Source of the DNA: a virus
Length of the DNA stretch: 64,000 nt
Reading direction: 5' to 3' (one strand)
Virus record (IMG/VR): IMGVR_UViG_3300012944_000002
Location: 1-64,000 of that record
Shown here piece by piece: positions 17,720 to 25,780 of this stretch (within the stretch, counting starts at the first letter, position 1; every line of letters starts with the position of its first letter). The notes beneath the pieces were generated by a model that searched no databases, was not told the origin of the DNA, and saw only the letters and a list, made by a program, of their open reading frames with translations. The position numbers and the translations under genes are program-made.

Positions 17720-17962
17720 GTGTACCGGCTCACCTACGATCTCGGCGTCGAAGCCGTCCACGACGCGCTCCCGCCGAGCATCTCCGAGGCCCTCACCGTC
17801 GCCCTCGACACGGCCTGCCAGGACCCGCTCGGAGCAACCGAGCCCTACGGCGAGGACGACGGCGTCATGAGATGGCTCATCACCCGCCAGGCGTCGGCCA
17901 TCCTCCTCATCGGGCACACGCTCAAGACCGTGACGGTGCTGCAAATCCACTACCTCGGCTGA
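17720..17962 (+). CDS. RelE/ParE-fold toxin-like protein
   Basis: Track ORF 17720..17962 (GTG start). YRLTYDLGVEAVHDALPPSI...DPLG...RWLITRQASAILLIGHTLKTVTVLQIHYLG follows the RelE/ParE layout. Confidence 0.5.
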   Translation: MYRLTYDLGVEAVHDALPPSISEALTVALDTACQDPLGATEPYGEDDGVMRWLITRQASAILLIGHTLKTVTVLQIHYLG

Positions 17963-17987
17963 GCCGCCGCCGGGTTGCCGTTCTTCT

Positions 17988-18007
17988 CCGGAGCCGGCTG
18001 GCTCCGG
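17988..18007 (+). terminator. hairpin after the TA-like pair
   Basis: CCGGAGCC GGCT GGCTCCGG: 8-bp perfect stem with a tetraloop, 26 nt after the stop. Confidence 0.4.
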
Positions 18008-18141
18008 TGGCGTACCAGGAAGCAGCTCATGCAGGCGGCCCCGTTCCCACGCGGCGACCGGGCCGGTCACAGCTCGGACACAGCCAGGGCGGGACGCGCT
18101 GACCCCTGCCACGCTCGGGGGCTCAACCACTAGGGGGACCC

Positions 18142-18546
18142 ATGCGCCGCACCACCGCAGCCGCACTACTCGCCGCCGGACTCGCACTCGCCGGCTGCTC
18201 GGCCAGCACCACCGCCACACCCGACAAGGCCACCAGCACGCCGACCGTCAGCAAGCAGGACCAGTTCCTCGCCGCCATCCACGGCGCCACCATCCAGAGC
18301 TGGGCAACCGCCGCACCCACCGACGACGAGATCGCCGCCTACCCGCAGCAGTGGTGCGACCAACTCGCCGCCGGCCACAGCCTGAACGACATCCTCGCCG
18401 TCCGCTCCGGCCTCTACCCGTCCGGCGACAACTGGGGCACCCAGATCAGCGACACCTACCAGGTCGTCATCCTCGGCGTCACCACGTACTGCCCGCAGTA
18501 CAGGGCGCAGGTCGTCCAGGAAGCGCAGGCCAGCGGGAACTACTGA
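18142..18546 (+). CDS. secreted lipoprotein (DUF732-like)
   Basis: Track ORF 18142..18546. Signal peptide with lipobox LALAGC. Isolated by noncoding DNA on both sides. Confidence 0.75.
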   Translation: MRRTTAAALLAAGLALAGCSASTTATPDKATSTPTVSKQDQFLAAIHGATIQSWATAAPTDDEIAAYPQQWCDQLAAGHSLNDILAVRSGLYPSGDNWGTQISDTYQVVILGVTTYCPQYRAQVVQEAQASGNY

Positions 18547-18553
18547 CCGGACG

Positions 18554-19003
18554 TCACGCCTTCGGGTCGAACGCCTCCGTGCACCGCCCGCACCACTTCG
18601 AGCGCGCCCACACTGCTCGCTTCCCGTCCGCCACAGCCACCTGCCGGGACATCACCACACCCCAGCCGATACCGCCGGCCAGCACCACAACGCCCGGCAG
18701 GACCGCGCCCGTCATCAGCAGCGCCACACCCAACAGCGCAACCCCGAGCGCGTACAGATACCGGACTTCCGCCTCGGACGGCTGCTTCAACCGGGCGTAG
18801 TGCACAGACCCGGGCGTCAGATCATTCCAATGACCCGACAGGCTCTTCGTCTGATCATCCCGCTTGCACAACGGGCATATGTCCGCCACCACGACCCCCT
18901 CGGTTGGCGGCCAGCCTGCCGGATAGAGGGAGGGCGTGGCGAGAGAGGAACCGGACAGGGTGCGCGGCGGTCGGTCAGAATCCGCCCGGCCGGTACTTCT
19001 CAC
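18554..19003 (-). CDS. membrane protein with zinc-ribbon-like CxxC pairs
   Basis: Track ORF 18554..19003 minus. CPLC ... CGRC flank two hydrophobic helices. The start lies 3 nt after the upstream stop. Confidence 0.55.
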   Translation of the reverse strand: MRSTGRADSDRPPRTLSGSSLATPSLYPAGWPPTEGVVVADICPLCKRDDQTKSLSGHWNDLTPGSVHYARLKQPSEAEVRYLYALGVALLGVALLMTGAVLPGVVVLAGGIGWGVVMSRQVAVADGKRAVWARSKWCGRCTEAFDPKA

Positions 19004-19006
19004 AGG

Positions 19007-19579
19007 TCAGCACGCCGGCCCGATGGTCACCTGTACCCCCTGGGGACGCTTCGCAGGCTCAGCGTCGGCGCTGTACCCCGGGTTGTCGCTCGCCCAAGCC
19101 GCTTCCGTGCAGTAGCCGGCGTCGGTCGGCGACGTCTCCTGAAGCCACTGGAACGTGGGCTCGCAGGTCGCCAGGTTGTAGTTCCCCAGCACCTGAGCAC
19201 TGTCGGGCAGGTCGGGCACCTTCATCCAGACGACGACGTCCCGCTCTGGGCCGCAAGTTTTCTCGGTGGGCGAGGCCGTGGTCGGTGGGTTCGTGGTCGG
19301 CGCCGTGGTTGCCGGTTCCGGTTTGGGCGACAGCGTGGTGGCGGTCGGCGCCGATGGCCTGCCGGAGCTGGGCGCCGCCGAGGAACTCGACTCGGCCGCG
19401 CTCGCCGCGGCCTTCGCGATCGGCTTGCTGTCGCCCTTCTTCGGCGGTCCGGCGATCGTGCCGATGATGAACATCAGCACGAGGAACCCGACGACTCCCG
19501 ATACTGACCACACCGTGACCTTCTTCCGCCGCGACCAACTACCCGGCCGGCCGCGCCCTGATCCATCGTTCAGCGTCAT
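19007..19579 (-). CDS. membrane-anchored secreted protein with Ser/Ala/Pro/Thr linker
   Basis: Track ORF 19007..19594 minus. ATG at 19579 is preferred. Has a TM helix VWSVSGVVGFLVLMFIIGTIAG, a low-complexity linker, then a Cys-containing domain. Confidence 0.6.
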   Translation of the reverse strand: MTLNDGSGRGRPGSWSRRKKVTVWSVSGVVGFLVLMFIIGTIAGPPKKGDSKPIAKAAASAAESSSSAAPSSGRPSAPTATTLSPKPEPATTAPTTNPPTTASPTEKTCGPERDVVVWMKVPDLPDSAQVLGNYNLATCEPTFQWLQETSPTDAGYCTEAAWASDNPGYSADAEPAKRPQGVQVTIGPAC

Positions 19580-19699
19580 GATGGTGCCCCCCAAAAATCA
19601 GTGAAGGACGGGAGCATTGCAGGATCGACGCGGCAAAGCAGGGCGTGTTGCGCGTCTGTGACAGAGCCTCACCGCTGCATCCGGATCGCGGGGGCCGAA

Positions 19700-20956
19700 C
19701 TATCCGAACTGAAAGCCCGGGTGGCATTTCGTGCAGGGGTGATCCGTCTTGTAGCCGTTACTGTCGATGCGTTCGCGCATGCGGCCGATGGGTTCGCACT
19801 CGACGTCCCCGCACCATGGGATCCCCGCGGCCTCGGTCGGGTTGGCCGGCGTGGTCCAGACGTCGTTGGTGTACGGCCGGTGGGGTTCGCGGCGGCCGAG
19901 GTCGGCGGCGACGGCAGCCCAGCCGGCCACCGTGCTGTCCGTGCCCCCGCCCATGCGGGCTCGGGCGCGAGCGGTGGCCTGTTCCCACATCCCGCCGGCC
20001 GGAGCTTCCTGGCGACCCGCGCCGAGGATGTCCTCGACCGTCAGGTTCGCGTACTCCTCGGCGGTCGGCATCCGGCCACGGACGCCACCACGGGCAGCAG
20101 GAGGAGCGGGGAGGGGTTCGGCGTCGGGCAGCACCTCGGGCTTCAACCGGTGGGCGTACACGGCGGCTGGTGAGTCCACGGCGGCCGTCCCGAGGTCGAG
20201 GTAGAGCGCCAGCCCGTCCACCGTCCAGCCGGACGCCAGAGCGGCCGTCAGCCGATCGGCGATCGTCCGTCGCTGCCGCTTGTCTGGCGTCTTGCCACGG
20301 TAGTCGAGAGCGGACGCGATCTCTTCGGCTGTGGATCTCGAATCATCGAGAGAACCGCCGCCTCCGCCCTCCTCGGTGTCAGGCGCGACTGCGGATGGGT
20401 CCGTGGAGGGCTCAGCCACGGAGGAGGAGGTAATACCCGAGGGGGTTTTAGAAGAGGGGTAAAGAGGGGTTGGGGTCACCTGAGAGGTGACCCGTTCTGC
20501 ATCCCAGAGGTGACCCGTTTCCTCTGACAGGTGACCCTCTCCATCCGAGAGGTGACCCGTTTCCAGCCCATCGCCCTCAGAATGGGTCACCTGAGAGGTG
20601 ACCCTCTCGACTCTCGCGCACTGCCCCAAGAACCCGTCATGCGGCGCCTCGGGACAGAGCGGCGCGATGCGGTAGACGGCAGCCTGCCCAGGGAACCCCG
20701 ACAGCTCACGGCCGCCGTGCACTGCGTAGGCCAAGACGCCCTTCTTCATCAGCTTGCCGATGGCGTTCTTCCATCCGCCAGCGCTCTTGCCCGTGCGCTT
20801 GAGGATGTACGACTGGTGAACGCCCCCCTTGGGCCAGGTCTCGCGGGTTCGGTCGTTGGCGTTCTCGGCGAGGACGAGCAGGTCATTCCGCTCACCAGCC
20901 GTCAGGCCCGCGTCCTGCCAGTGATCGAGGACTTCAACGATGATCCTGATCCCCAT
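19700..20956 (-). CDS. winged-helix initiator-like protein (AICE/plasmid Rep-like) with C-terminal zinc motif
   Basis: Track ORF 19700..20998 minus. ATG at 20956 is preferred. N-terminal wHTH-like domain, a central repeat RVTSQVT...GHLS x3, and a C-terminal PWCGDVECEP...HPCTKCHP. Carries an iteron array in its own coding DNA. Confidence 0.6.
   Translation of the reverse strand: MGIRIIVEVLDHWQDAGLTAGERNDLLVLAENANDRTRETWPKGGVHQSYILKRTGKSAGGWKNAIGKLMKKGVLAYAVHGGRELSGFPGQAAVYRIAPLCPEAPHDGFLGQCARVERVTSQVTHSEGDGLETGHLSDGEGHLSEETGHLWDAERVTSQVTPTPLYPSSKTPSGITSSSVAEPSTDPSAVAPDTEEGGGGGSLDDSRSTAEEIASALDYRGKTPDKRQRRTIADRLTAALASGWTVDGLALYLDLGTAAVDSPAAVYAHRLKPEVLPDAEPLPAPPAARGGVRGRMPTAEEYANLTVEDILGAGRQEAPAGGMWEQATARARARMGGGTDSTVAGWAAVAADLGRREPHRPYTNDVWTTPANPTEAAGIPWCGDVECEPIGRMRERIDSNGYKTDHPCTKCHPGFQFG
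20473..20604. repeat. iteron array (five GGTGACCC direct repeats, two 21-bp palindromes)
   Basis: GGTGACCC at 20486, 20509, 20530, 20551 and 20597, spaced 23, 21, 21 and 46 bp. GGGTCACCTGAGAGGTGACCC at 20473-20493 and 20584-20604. Confidence 0.7.
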
Positions 20957-21109
20957 CAGGCGCGTCCCCGCGATCGAGTCGAGACGCTCGGAGCGCACCG
21001 GCCGAAGCCAGGAATGGACAGAGTCATTGCGCGCAGGCGCCTTTCGTGCCGGTGGGGTGACCTGTTGATCGGCGGCCGGGCGGCTTTACGTCGCCCGGCC
21101 GTGGGGTGT

Positions 21110-21631
21110 TCAGCTCGGCCGAATCTCCAGCTCCATCGGCCAGTCCGCGACATCCACGCCGTGCGCTGCTGCGAGCAGGCCGCGGATCGTCAACTCCTGC
21201 TCCAGCGGGTCTTGGCCGATCGGCATCGACAGCACCCAGAGCCAGTGCCGGCTGTTCGTGAGGCGGCGGATGGAGCCCCGGAAGTCCAGGCTCGGCGCAG
21301 CGATCTCGCGGTACTCCGCCCGCGCCATCAGGATCAGCGTGTTCAGCGGCATCGACAGGAAGTCCCACCGATCCAGGGCTTTCGCGTCGTGCAGGCCGCG
21401 AGGGCTCAGGTCGTAGTCCGGCACGTCGATGGGAATCGGCGTCGTCTCGCTGCCGGGGCACCTGTCGCCCGTCCACGACGACCGGTGCTTGCGCAGCAGG
21501 CCGTCGAGGCGGACGTACTCACGGTCTTGGCATCCGGGGCACACGGCTCGGCGACGCTGCGGGCTGGGCGTGACGGTCGACACAGGGGTGGCTGGCGCGG
21601 GAACGGCAGACCCCTTCGTTGGTAAAGTCAA
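21110..21631 (-). CDS. hypothetical protein
   Basis: Track ORF 21110..21631 minus. TTG start preceded by AGGAGAG. Contains CPGCQ. Confidence 0.55.
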   Translation of the reverse strand: MTLPTKGSAVPAPATPVSTVTPSPQRRRAVCPGCQDREYVRLDGLLRKHRSSWTGDRCPGSETTPIPIDVPDYDLSPRGLHDAKALDRWDFLSMPLNTLILMARAEYREIAAPSLDFRGSIRRLTNSRHWLWVLSMPIGQDPLEQELTIRGLLAAAHGVDVADWPMELEIRPS

Positions 21632-21735
21632 GACGGAGCTCTCCTATCTAGCGACTGGATCTCTACCGATCAGCGGGCTGCAACCCGCTGGTTCTTGCGG
21701 CGGCCGGGTGGTGGTACACCCGGCCGTTCGTGCGT

Positions 21736-22245
21736 TCAGGTGACGGTCGCGCCGATCTCTGCGACTGCGGCCTCTACGACTTCAACGGGATCACCGAGCG
21801 GCGTGAAGTCGAACCATTCGCCGCGCACTCGATGTCCTGCGAACCGCCGATGCAGGGCCCTCTCGTAGGGACCTTTCGTCACCCAGAGAAGGGACAACAC
21901 CATGGGATGCCCGATCTGAAGAAGGGCGAGACGCTTCTTCGGATCCTTAGCCCATCCGATCTTCACCAGACCTGAACCCTTGATCCCGATCAGGTAGGTG
22001 TGAGACGAGTCGGGTTGGTAGCTGCTCCCGAGACGCTTCTGTCGCGGCGGCTCCACTTCCCTGGGGGCGGCTTTGGTGTGATCGCTCTGACAGTGATGGG
22101 TCGGCGGGAATCGCAGATCGTCCACGGAGATGGGCGGCGAGTCCGAAGTGGCGTCCAGGTCGAGGCCGAGGCGCCGAGGGTCCTCCCAGGTATACGCGGG
22201 GCGCTCGTGTCGAGCTGGCAGGGTTGGGTGTAGCGGATCGGGCAT
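21736..22245 (-). CDS. T5orf172 / GIY-YIG-superfamily domain protein
   Basis: Track ORF 21736..22245 minus. YLIGIKGSGLVKIGWAKDPKKRLALLQ...YERALHRRFAGHRVRGEWFDF. Confidence 0.75.
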   Translation of the reverse strand: MPDPLHPTLPARHERPAYTWEDPRRLGLDLDATSDSPPISVDDLRFPPTHHCQSDHTKAAPREVEPPRQKRLGSSYQPDSSHTYLIGIKGSGLVKIGWAKDPKKRLALLQIGHPMVLSLLWVTKGPYERALHRRFAGHRVRGEWFDFTPLGDPVEVVEAAVAEIGATVT

Positions 22246-22319
22246 ACGTGTCCCCTTCGATACGCACGGTCACCACTTCCCAGCGTGAAGCGGCGTTGCG
22301 TAGCATTGAGTCTGACCGC

Positions 22320-22331
22320 TTCTTCGAAGAA
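22320..22331. promoter_or_regulatory. candidate Kor/GntR operator
   Basis: Perfect palindrome TTCTTCGAAGAA in the divergent gap between 22245 (minus start) and 22410. The same motif recurs at 23255 and 23290. Confidence 0.55.
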
Positions 22332-22409
22332 CTTCAAGGGTTTCGCAGAGTTCGCACCTCAACTGGTCGGTGGCTAGCATCTCTGAAGAAGCCGATCTAG
22401 GAGGAAACC

Positions 22410-23159
22410 TTGCCCAGCAAGCCCGAGCGCGGGCCGCGCCGCCATCAGGAGATCGCGGACGAGCTGCGCGCGAAGATCCTCAGCGGCGAGCTAGCACCGG
22501 GCTCGAAGCTCGAAGGCGAGAATGGCCTCATGGAGCGGCATGTGGCCGCTCGATCCACAGTGCGGCAAGCCCTGGACGCCCTGCGCGCCGAAGGCCTCAT
22601 CGAGAGCAAGCAGGGCGTCGGCGTCACGGTCCGGGCCTTCCGTCCGATCAGACGGCCCGCAGTTCAGCGCCTCTCCTCAGAGGTGTGGCACGCCGGGCGG
22701 TCAATCTGGGACGTGGACCTAGAGGACCGCCCGCGTCGCGTTGAGGTGGACGTCAACGAGGTCGATGCGCCTGATCATGTGGCCCAACTCCTGGAGTCCG
22801 ACGAGCGCATGTGCCGCCGCAGCCGGCGCTTCCATGTGGAGGGGCGGCTCATCCAGACGGCCGTCTCGTATGTGCCAATGAGCTTGGCGGCTGGCACGGC
22901 CATCACCCAGCCCGACACCGGCCCTGGTGGCATGTATGCCCGACTTGCCGAGATCGGCCATGCGCCTGCGCGGTTCAAGGAGGAGGTGAGGACGAGGATG
23001 CCCACGCCCCAGGAGGCGGCCGATTTCAGCTTGGGCCCCGGTACTCCCGTCTTCCAGATCATCCGCATCGCGGCAGACCAGAATGACCGCCTCGTAGAAG
23101 TCAACGAGATGACGCTCGACGGGTCCAACTACATCCTGGAGTACGTCTTCTCCTCCTGA
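22410..23159 (+). CDS. GntR-family transcriptional repressor (HTH plus UTRA domain), KorSA-like
   Basis: Track ORF 22410..23159. TTG start after AGGAGG. N-terminus IADELRAKILSGELAPGSKLEGENGLMERHVAARSTVRQALDALRAEGLIESKQGVG. Confidence 0.85.
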   Translation: MPSKPERGPRRHQEIADELRAKILSGELAPGSKLEGENGLMERHVAARSTVRQALDALRAEGLIESKQGVGVTVRAFRPIRRPAVQRLSSEVWHAGRSIWDVDLEDRPRRVEVDVNEVDAPDHVAQLLESDERMCRRSRRFHVEGRLIQTAVSYVPMSLAAGTAITQPDTGPGGMYARLAEIGHAPARFKEEVRTRMPTPQEAADFSLGPGTPVFQIIRIAADQNDRLVEVNEMTLDGSNYILEYVFSS

Positions 23160-23174
23160 CCTGCGAACTCCTGC

Positions 23175-23209
23175 GCCCCCCATCGCTTCGGCGGTGGGGG
23201 GCTTCTTCG
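23175..23209 (+). terminator. rho-independent terminator after the GntR gene
   Basis: 12-bp stem GCCCCCCATCGC / GCGGTGGGGGGC (one G-U pair) with a TTCG loop, followed by TTCTTCGT. Confidence 0.6.
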
Positions 23210-23254
23210 TGCGTCGGGGGCGCGCCGGGAGCGTGCGAACTAGAAGAGCTTGCC

Positions 23255-23301
23255 TTCTTCGAAGAACTCGGCTTCACTGAGGATGTGCCTCTTCGAAGAA
23301 G
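23255..23301. promoter_or_regulatory. two candidate Kor/GntR operators upstream of the transfer-type operon
   Basis: TTCTTCGAAGAA at 23255-23266 and core TCTTCGAAGA at 23290-23299, in the lower-GC gap before GTG 23337. Confidence 0.55.
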
Positions 23302-23336
23302 ATAAGCACCCCTTCAACCGCGCCTCAGGAGCCCCC

Positions 23337-23582
23337 GTGTGCCACGACCCGACTGCCCCGACTACGGCCCCCGCCACCGTTGAGCCGTTGCTGCGGGCAC
23401 AGCAGGTCGCGGACCGCCTCGACGTCCACGTGTCCACCGTGTACCGCCTCGCCGACTCCGGACGCATCCGCGCCCACCGCATCGGCGAAGGGCGGCTGCG
23501 GAAGCGCGGACTGCGCATCCCCGAGTCGGCCGTGGCCGAGTTCCTCCAGGCGTCTCAGATCTCCGCCGAGGAAGTTGCCTGA
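23337..23582 (+). CDS. excisionase-family (HTH_17/MerR-like) DNA-binding protein
   Basis: In frame with track ORF 23250..23582. GTG 23337 is preferred (CAGGAG upstream). LLRAQQVADRLDVHVSTVYRLADSGRIRAHRIG. Confidence 0.7.
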   Translation: MCHDPTAPTTAPATVEPLLRAQQVADRLDVHVSTVYRLADSGRIRAHRIGEGRLRKRGLRIPESAVAEFLQASQISAEEVA

Positions 23583-23662
23583 CCGCACAAAACCCCGGCC
23601 GGCGCTGTGAACGCCGACCGGGGCCCGACCGCCCGAAGCCTGCAAGCACCCGGGAGATCATC

Positions 23663-23923
23663 GTGAACAGTACTGCCACCGCAACCCACCCCACCCCGCC
23701 GCGTTTCCCCGACCACGTCGCGGCCCGTGTTGCCGCGGCGTGGGAGGACTCACGGTCCGCCATCCCGCGCCTGCCGATTCCTGGCCCGCGCGGGCCGGTC
23801 GACCATGACGGCGACTCGGACCCGGACATGGACGAGGCGTACCGCCGGGTGCGCGAGAGCGGCCGGGCGATCCGCGCCGGTCTCGCCGAGTACCGCGAGT
23901 GGGCTGCGGGGGCTGCGGCATGA
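23663..23923 (+). CDS. hypothetical protein
   Basis: Track ORF 23663..23923. GTG start after GGGAGA. Confidence 0.5.
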   Translation: MNSTATATHPTPPRFPDHVAARVAAAWEDSRSAIPRLPIPGPRGPVDHDGDSDPDMDEAYRRVRESGRAIRAGLAEYREWAAGAAA

Positions 23924-24126
23924 GCGCCGACCAGCCCGTCATGTCGTTCCCGACCCGCAAGGGCGCGGTGGTCGAGGTGACCGCGACCGGCAACAACCTC
24001 TTCCCGTACCGGTTCGAGTGCTCGGGCTCGGAGAAGCACCGCAGCCTCGGCTACTCGGCGCTTCCCTTCGCCCGCGATGGCGCCAAGAAGCACGCCGACG
24101 GCTGCCGGAAGCGGGGTGCGAAGTGA
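23920..24126 (+). CDS. hypothetical protein
   Basis: Internal ATG 23920 of track ORF 23899..24126 (ATGA overlap). Confidence 0.5.
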   Translation: MSADQPVMSFPTRKGAVVEVTATGNNLFPYRFECSGSEKHRSLGYSALPFARDGAKKHADGCRKRGAK

Positions 24127-24191
24127 TCACCTCCTGCGACTGGTGCGGCCAGGACGACCGCGAGTCGTTCCCCGCCGGAGCCGACGACTGA
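24123..24191 (+). CDS. very small ORF (22 aa)
   Basis: GTGA overlap upstream and TGATG overlap downstream. Translation VITSCDWCGQDDRESFPAGADD. Supported only by coupling and GC3. Confidence 0.3.
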   Translation: MITSCDWCGQDDRESFPAGADD

Positions 24192-24286
24192 TGACCGCCG
24201 AGGAAGAGCTCGCCCAGGCCGCCCGCGACTACGAGGTCGCGCAGGAATGGCTCAACCCCACACCCGTCCGCGAAGAGACCGACTAG
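24191..24286 (+). CDS. very small ORF (31 aa)
   Basis: ATG 24191 in the frame of track ORF 24077..24286. Supported only by coupling. Confidence 0.3.
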   Translation: MTAEEELAQAARDYEVAQEWLNPTPVREETD

Positions 24287-24329
24287 ACCGCCGGGGCCGC
24301 CGGCACCCAACCCGAGAGAGGAGCCCGTC

Positions 24330-24497
24330 ATGGGCTGGAGCACCAACGACATCGCCTCCGAACTGATCATCGCCTCCGGTGACCCGGCCCGGTTCCACCG
24401 GGTGAACGAGCAGGTTCAGGCGCTCCCGCCGAAGGACCGGCAGGCCGTGTACGAGCGGCTCGCCGACACCACCCCCAACCCCACCGGGGACCGCTGA
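24330..24497 (+). CDS. hypothetical small protein (55 aa)
   Basis: ATG 24330 after GAGAGGAG. High GC3. Below the track cutoff. Confidence 0.5.
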   Translation: MGWSTNDIASELIIASGDPARFHRVNEQVQALPPKDRQAVYERLADTTPNPTGDR

Positions 24498-24576
24498 CGG
24501 CCGCTGCGTCGCCCCCGGGCCGCCACGGTCGGGGACGGCGCAGGACCGGACAGCCCGGCCCAGACAGGAGAACCAC

Positions 24577-24744
24577 ATGCCCATCGTGCTCGGTTTCAGC
24601 AACGGCGAGCCCACTGACCCGACAGACCAGGGACTCATCCCCACTCACAGCTACACCGTGAACCCCGGCGAAACGGTCACCGAGACAGCCGCGGACGGCA
24701 CCACCCACACCTACGCCGCCACCAACGCGGACAGCACCGAATGA
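24577..24744 (+). CDS. hypothetical small protein (55 aa)
   Basis: ATG 24577 after CAGGAGAA. The stop overlaps the next ATG (ATGA). Below the track cutoff. Confidence 0.5.
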   Translation: MPIVLGFSNGEPTDPTDQGLIPTHSYTVNPGETVTETAADGTTHTYAATNADSTE

Positions 24745-24929
24745 GCCTCCGCGACAAGCTGCTCGGCCGCCCCGAGGACGTCAAGGCGTCCAAGGCCGCC
24801 GACTCCGCACTGCACGCCAACCAACGCGCCGACGAGGCCGCCGGGATCCACGACGAAACGCCCGAGTACCTGGAGCTGAACCGCGCGGCCAATGAGGCCG
24901 CCGCAAAGCTCCCCTGGCACCTCCGCTAG
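24741..24929 (+). CDS. hypothetical small protein
   Basis: Track ORF 24741..24929. Confidence 0.5.
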   Translation: MSLRDKLLGRPEDVKASKAADSALHANQRADEAAGIHDETPEYLELNRAANEAAAKLPWHLR

Positions 24930-24973
24930 CCACCGACTGACGGCTGCCCGCAACAACCCGAGAGGAACTGCGA

Positions 24974-25729
24974 ATGTCCACCGCTACCGAGGCAGCCGCT
25001 GTCGCAAAGGCGGTTATAGACATCGCAGTTCGCCATGGCGTCGGCGACGAGGCACGCCGGCAGATCGACTGCCTACTCACGGGCTGCGGCGCCGACGCCA
25101 TCTCCGATGTAGTCCGGCTCCTGGAAGTCGGGGCTAAGAGCATCCGTAGAGCCGTCCGCCAGGAGTTGCCGGTGATGGCTACGGGGCTCGCCGAGAACGA
25201 AGGCAACGTGGATGGGGAGCAGTGGCTACCCATACCTGGCTACGAGAACTTGTACAAGGTCAGCACCCAAGGGCGCGTCTACAGCATGGCGCGGAGAGCC
25301 CGCAACGCCATGACGCTCAAAGGCCGCTTCATGGCCCAGCAGCCAACGCGGTTCGGCCACACAAGGGTGAACCTGCGGGATGCCACAGGGCGCCGCATGA
25401 CGTGGTCAGTACACCGCTTGGTGGCCTTGGCCTTCCTTGGGTCGCAGCCCGGGGGTTGCGAGGTGAGACATCTCAACGGAGTCCCAAACGACAACCGCCT
25501 CGAAAACCTCGCGTGGGGGACCAAGGTCGAGAACTCCCAGGACACCCTGCGCCACGGCCGGCACAACTGGGCTTCCAGGACGGAGTGCGCGGAAGGGCAT
25601 CCGCTTCGCGGAGCAAACCTCTCCCGGGACGGCAAGGGCGCCCGCGTGTGCTTGGCCTGCAAGCGCGGTCGCCAGCGCCGATACGAAGAGCGCAAACGCC
25701 AACGGCTCGGCAGATCTCAGATCACCTGA
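24974..25729 (+). CDS. NUMOD4 plus HNH (HNH_3) homing-type endonuclease
   Basis: Track ORF 24974..25729. WLPIPGYENLYKVSTQGRVYS (NUMOD4) and HRLVALAFLG...VRHLNGVPNDNRLENLAWGTKVEN (HNH). Third-position GC is visibly lower than in neighbouring genes. Confidence 0.85.
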   Translation: MSTATEAAAVAKAVIDIAVRHGVGDEARRQIDCLLTGCGADAISDVVRLLEVGAKSIRRAVRQELPVMATGLAENEGNVDGEQWLPIPGYENLYKVSTQGRVYSMARRARNAMTLKGRFMAQQPTRFGHTRVNLRDATGRRMTWSVHRLVALAFLGSQPGGCEVRHLNGVPNDNRLENLAWGTKVENSQDTLRHGRHNWASRTECAEGHPLRGANLSRDGKGARVCLACKRGRQRRYEERKRQRLGRSQIT

Positions 25730-25780
25730 GGCTCGCGGAGAACCGCCAGCCACACCCGCCACCGAGAGAGGAGCCCCTCC

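Noticed and set aside
23337-23582. Calling this HTH protein, and the similar one at 36045..36263, a functional excisionase and the region an attP/int cassette.
   Set aside because: No integrase or recognisable att core is present anywhere in the window. HTH_17-type proteins also act as plain transcription factors, so only the fold-level call is made.
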